Positions 63,093-64,000 of a stretch of DNA of 64,000 nt are shown piece after piece. How positions within the stretch are numbered: the stretch's first letter is position 1; the number at the start of each line of letters is the position of its first letter. Below the pieces are notes generated by a model. It was not told the origin of the DNA and made no database searches. It worked only from the letters and a program-made list of their open reading frames with translations. The translations under genes and the position numbers were made by a program. The DNA is from a virus (lineage: Duplodnaviria > Heunggongvirae > Uroviricota > Caudoviricetes): IMG/VR virus record IMGVR_UViG_651703075_000001, positions 1 to 64,000 of that record; one strand, written 5' to 3'.

Positions 63093-63772
63093 TGCGACTC
63101 AAGAGGATTGAACATATAAACTTCGAGAAGTTCTCCTGGCAGACTCAGGTTGCCTTGAAGGAGCTGGCTCGTTGGGTGTTTAAGGACATGGGTCCGTGGA
63201 CTGAGGGTAAGACCCATCCAGCCTTCTACCGGGGGTATCGTGTCTGCACCAACCTCCGCTTGTGGGAGTTGCATTACGGGTGGGGGGATAAGCATGGTCG
63301 GACGATCCAGACAGAGTTATCCGAAGAGTTCGTTCGTGTTGGCCTGGACAGGGACCTCCCCTTCGAAGGCCGTCTCTCGGATGACGGGATATTCGTTCTG
63401 GACGAAGATGCTGTCGAAGAACTCTACGACAACCCCCTTCGTCAGCGGTTCCTCCGACTAGCCCTGGAGAAGCTTTCAGCGCCCAAGGTGGAGGTCAGTG
63501 AGATGGTGGAAGACGCGCTCACAGCCGTGGCCCGCTGGGCTATTTTGAAGGAGTCCTTCTCCTGCTTCGAACCTCGGTTCCGAATCTGCTGGAACGTGGA
63601 GAACTACCTTACCTGGTTAGGGAAGAGCGAGGTAGAGGTCGCCAAAGCTTATCAGGAGTTGTCCAAAGTCTTCGGCGTCATGTACCCCTTTGAAAGTGAG
63701 GAAGGGTTTGACACAGAGGAAGAGATTTGGAAGAATGATCGCCGACTCTCTTTCCTGGCTCAATTTATCTGA
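63092..63772 (+). CDS. paralog-family protein 7 (tandem double domain)
   Basis: 226 aa from ATG overlapping upstream stop; domain 1 RVCTN...LPFEGR...LYDNPLRQRFL; domain 2 RICWN...YPFESEEG...IWKNDRRLSFL. Confidence 0.5.
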   Translation: MRLKRIEHINFEKFSWQTQVALKELARWVFKDMGPWTEGKTHPAFYRGYRVCTNLRLWELHYGWGDKHGRTIQTELSEEFVRVGLDRDLPFEGRLSDDGIFVLDEDAVEELYDNPLRQRFLRLALEKLSAPKVEVSEMVEDALTAVARWAILKESFSCFEPRFRICWNVENYLTWLGKSEVEVAKAYQELSKVFGVMYPFESEEGFDTEEEIWKNDRRLSFLAQFI

Positions 63773-63781
63773 GGAGGTGAT

Positions 63782-64000
63782 ATGCGTGATGTGACCTGCT
63801 TTACTCAAAAGGAAGCCCACCTCTACGGTGGACGGTTGGGGATTCAAGACCTCCAATTGTACCTCCAAGGTCAAGGGATGAGCGCTGACGAGGCATCCCG
63901 TAAGGTTCGATTCCTCGTCTCCAGCTCTGGTGTGTCCTTGCACCACTCCACGGTTCGAGCCATTGCAGGCTACTGCTGGAGTGCGGGGTTCACTTTCGTG
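63782..64000 (+). CDS. hypothetical protein (3' end beyond window)
   Basis: open frame from ATG with RBS gaggaggtg to window edge. Confidence 0.35.
   Translation, partial: MRDVTCFTQKEAHLYGGRLGIQDLQLYLQGQGMSADEASRKVRFLVSSSGVSLHHSTVRAIAGYCWSAGFTFV

Noticed and set aside
1-64000. tRNA genes, integrase/repressor lysogeny module, terminase and portal
   Set aside because: No T-loop-like GGTTCGANTCC in clover-leaf context in the intergenic regions. No tyrosine or serine recombinase motifs. Terminase and portal are expected upstream of the protease at position 1, outside the window.

Overview
The window looks like most of a GC-rich (~58%) tailed dsDNA phage genome, probably a contractile-tail (myovirus-like) phage of a Gram-negative host such as Pseudomonas. 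Every gene I can support is on the + strand. All functional calls come from reading motifs and gene order only; no database search was run. Coordinates of regulatory sites are approximate (about +/-2 nt).

Layout:
- 1-21.9 kb: virion morphogenesis and lysis. It begins mid-gene in a prohead protease, so portal and terminase presumably lie upstream of the window. Scaffold, capsid, sheath, three tube paralogs, a chaperone pair with a possible -1 frameshift, tape measure, a Mu/PBSX-like baseplate, two tail fibers (the second frame-interrupted at a G5 run), Tfa, muramidase-family endolysin, holin and spanin-like ORFs.
- 22-28.4 kb: small ORFans plus a SPFH/band-7 lipoprotein and an ATP-dependent RNA ligase.
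- 28.4-44 kb: a T7-like replication and nucleotide-metabolism module. Primase-helicase, family-A DNA polymerase, SSB-like protein, FEN/5'-3' exonuclease, HNH endonuclease, HTH-DEDD exonuclease, ThyX-like protein, and class I RNR large and small subunits.
- 45-58.7 kb: about 35 small ORFan 'early' genes, most with their own sigma70-like promoter. These promoters form one family (TTGACA-N16/17-TAGAATGGCC) with a conserved leader. Two iteron-like direct-repeat arrays lie within a ~900 bp stretch at 47.27-48.17 kb.
- 58.7-60.0 kb: a 1.3 kb non-coding hub rich in short dispersed repeats and palindromes.
- 60.0-63.8 kb: a tandem array of seven genes carrying eight copies of a diverged ~115-aa domain.

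No tRNA, integrase or CRISPR was found.
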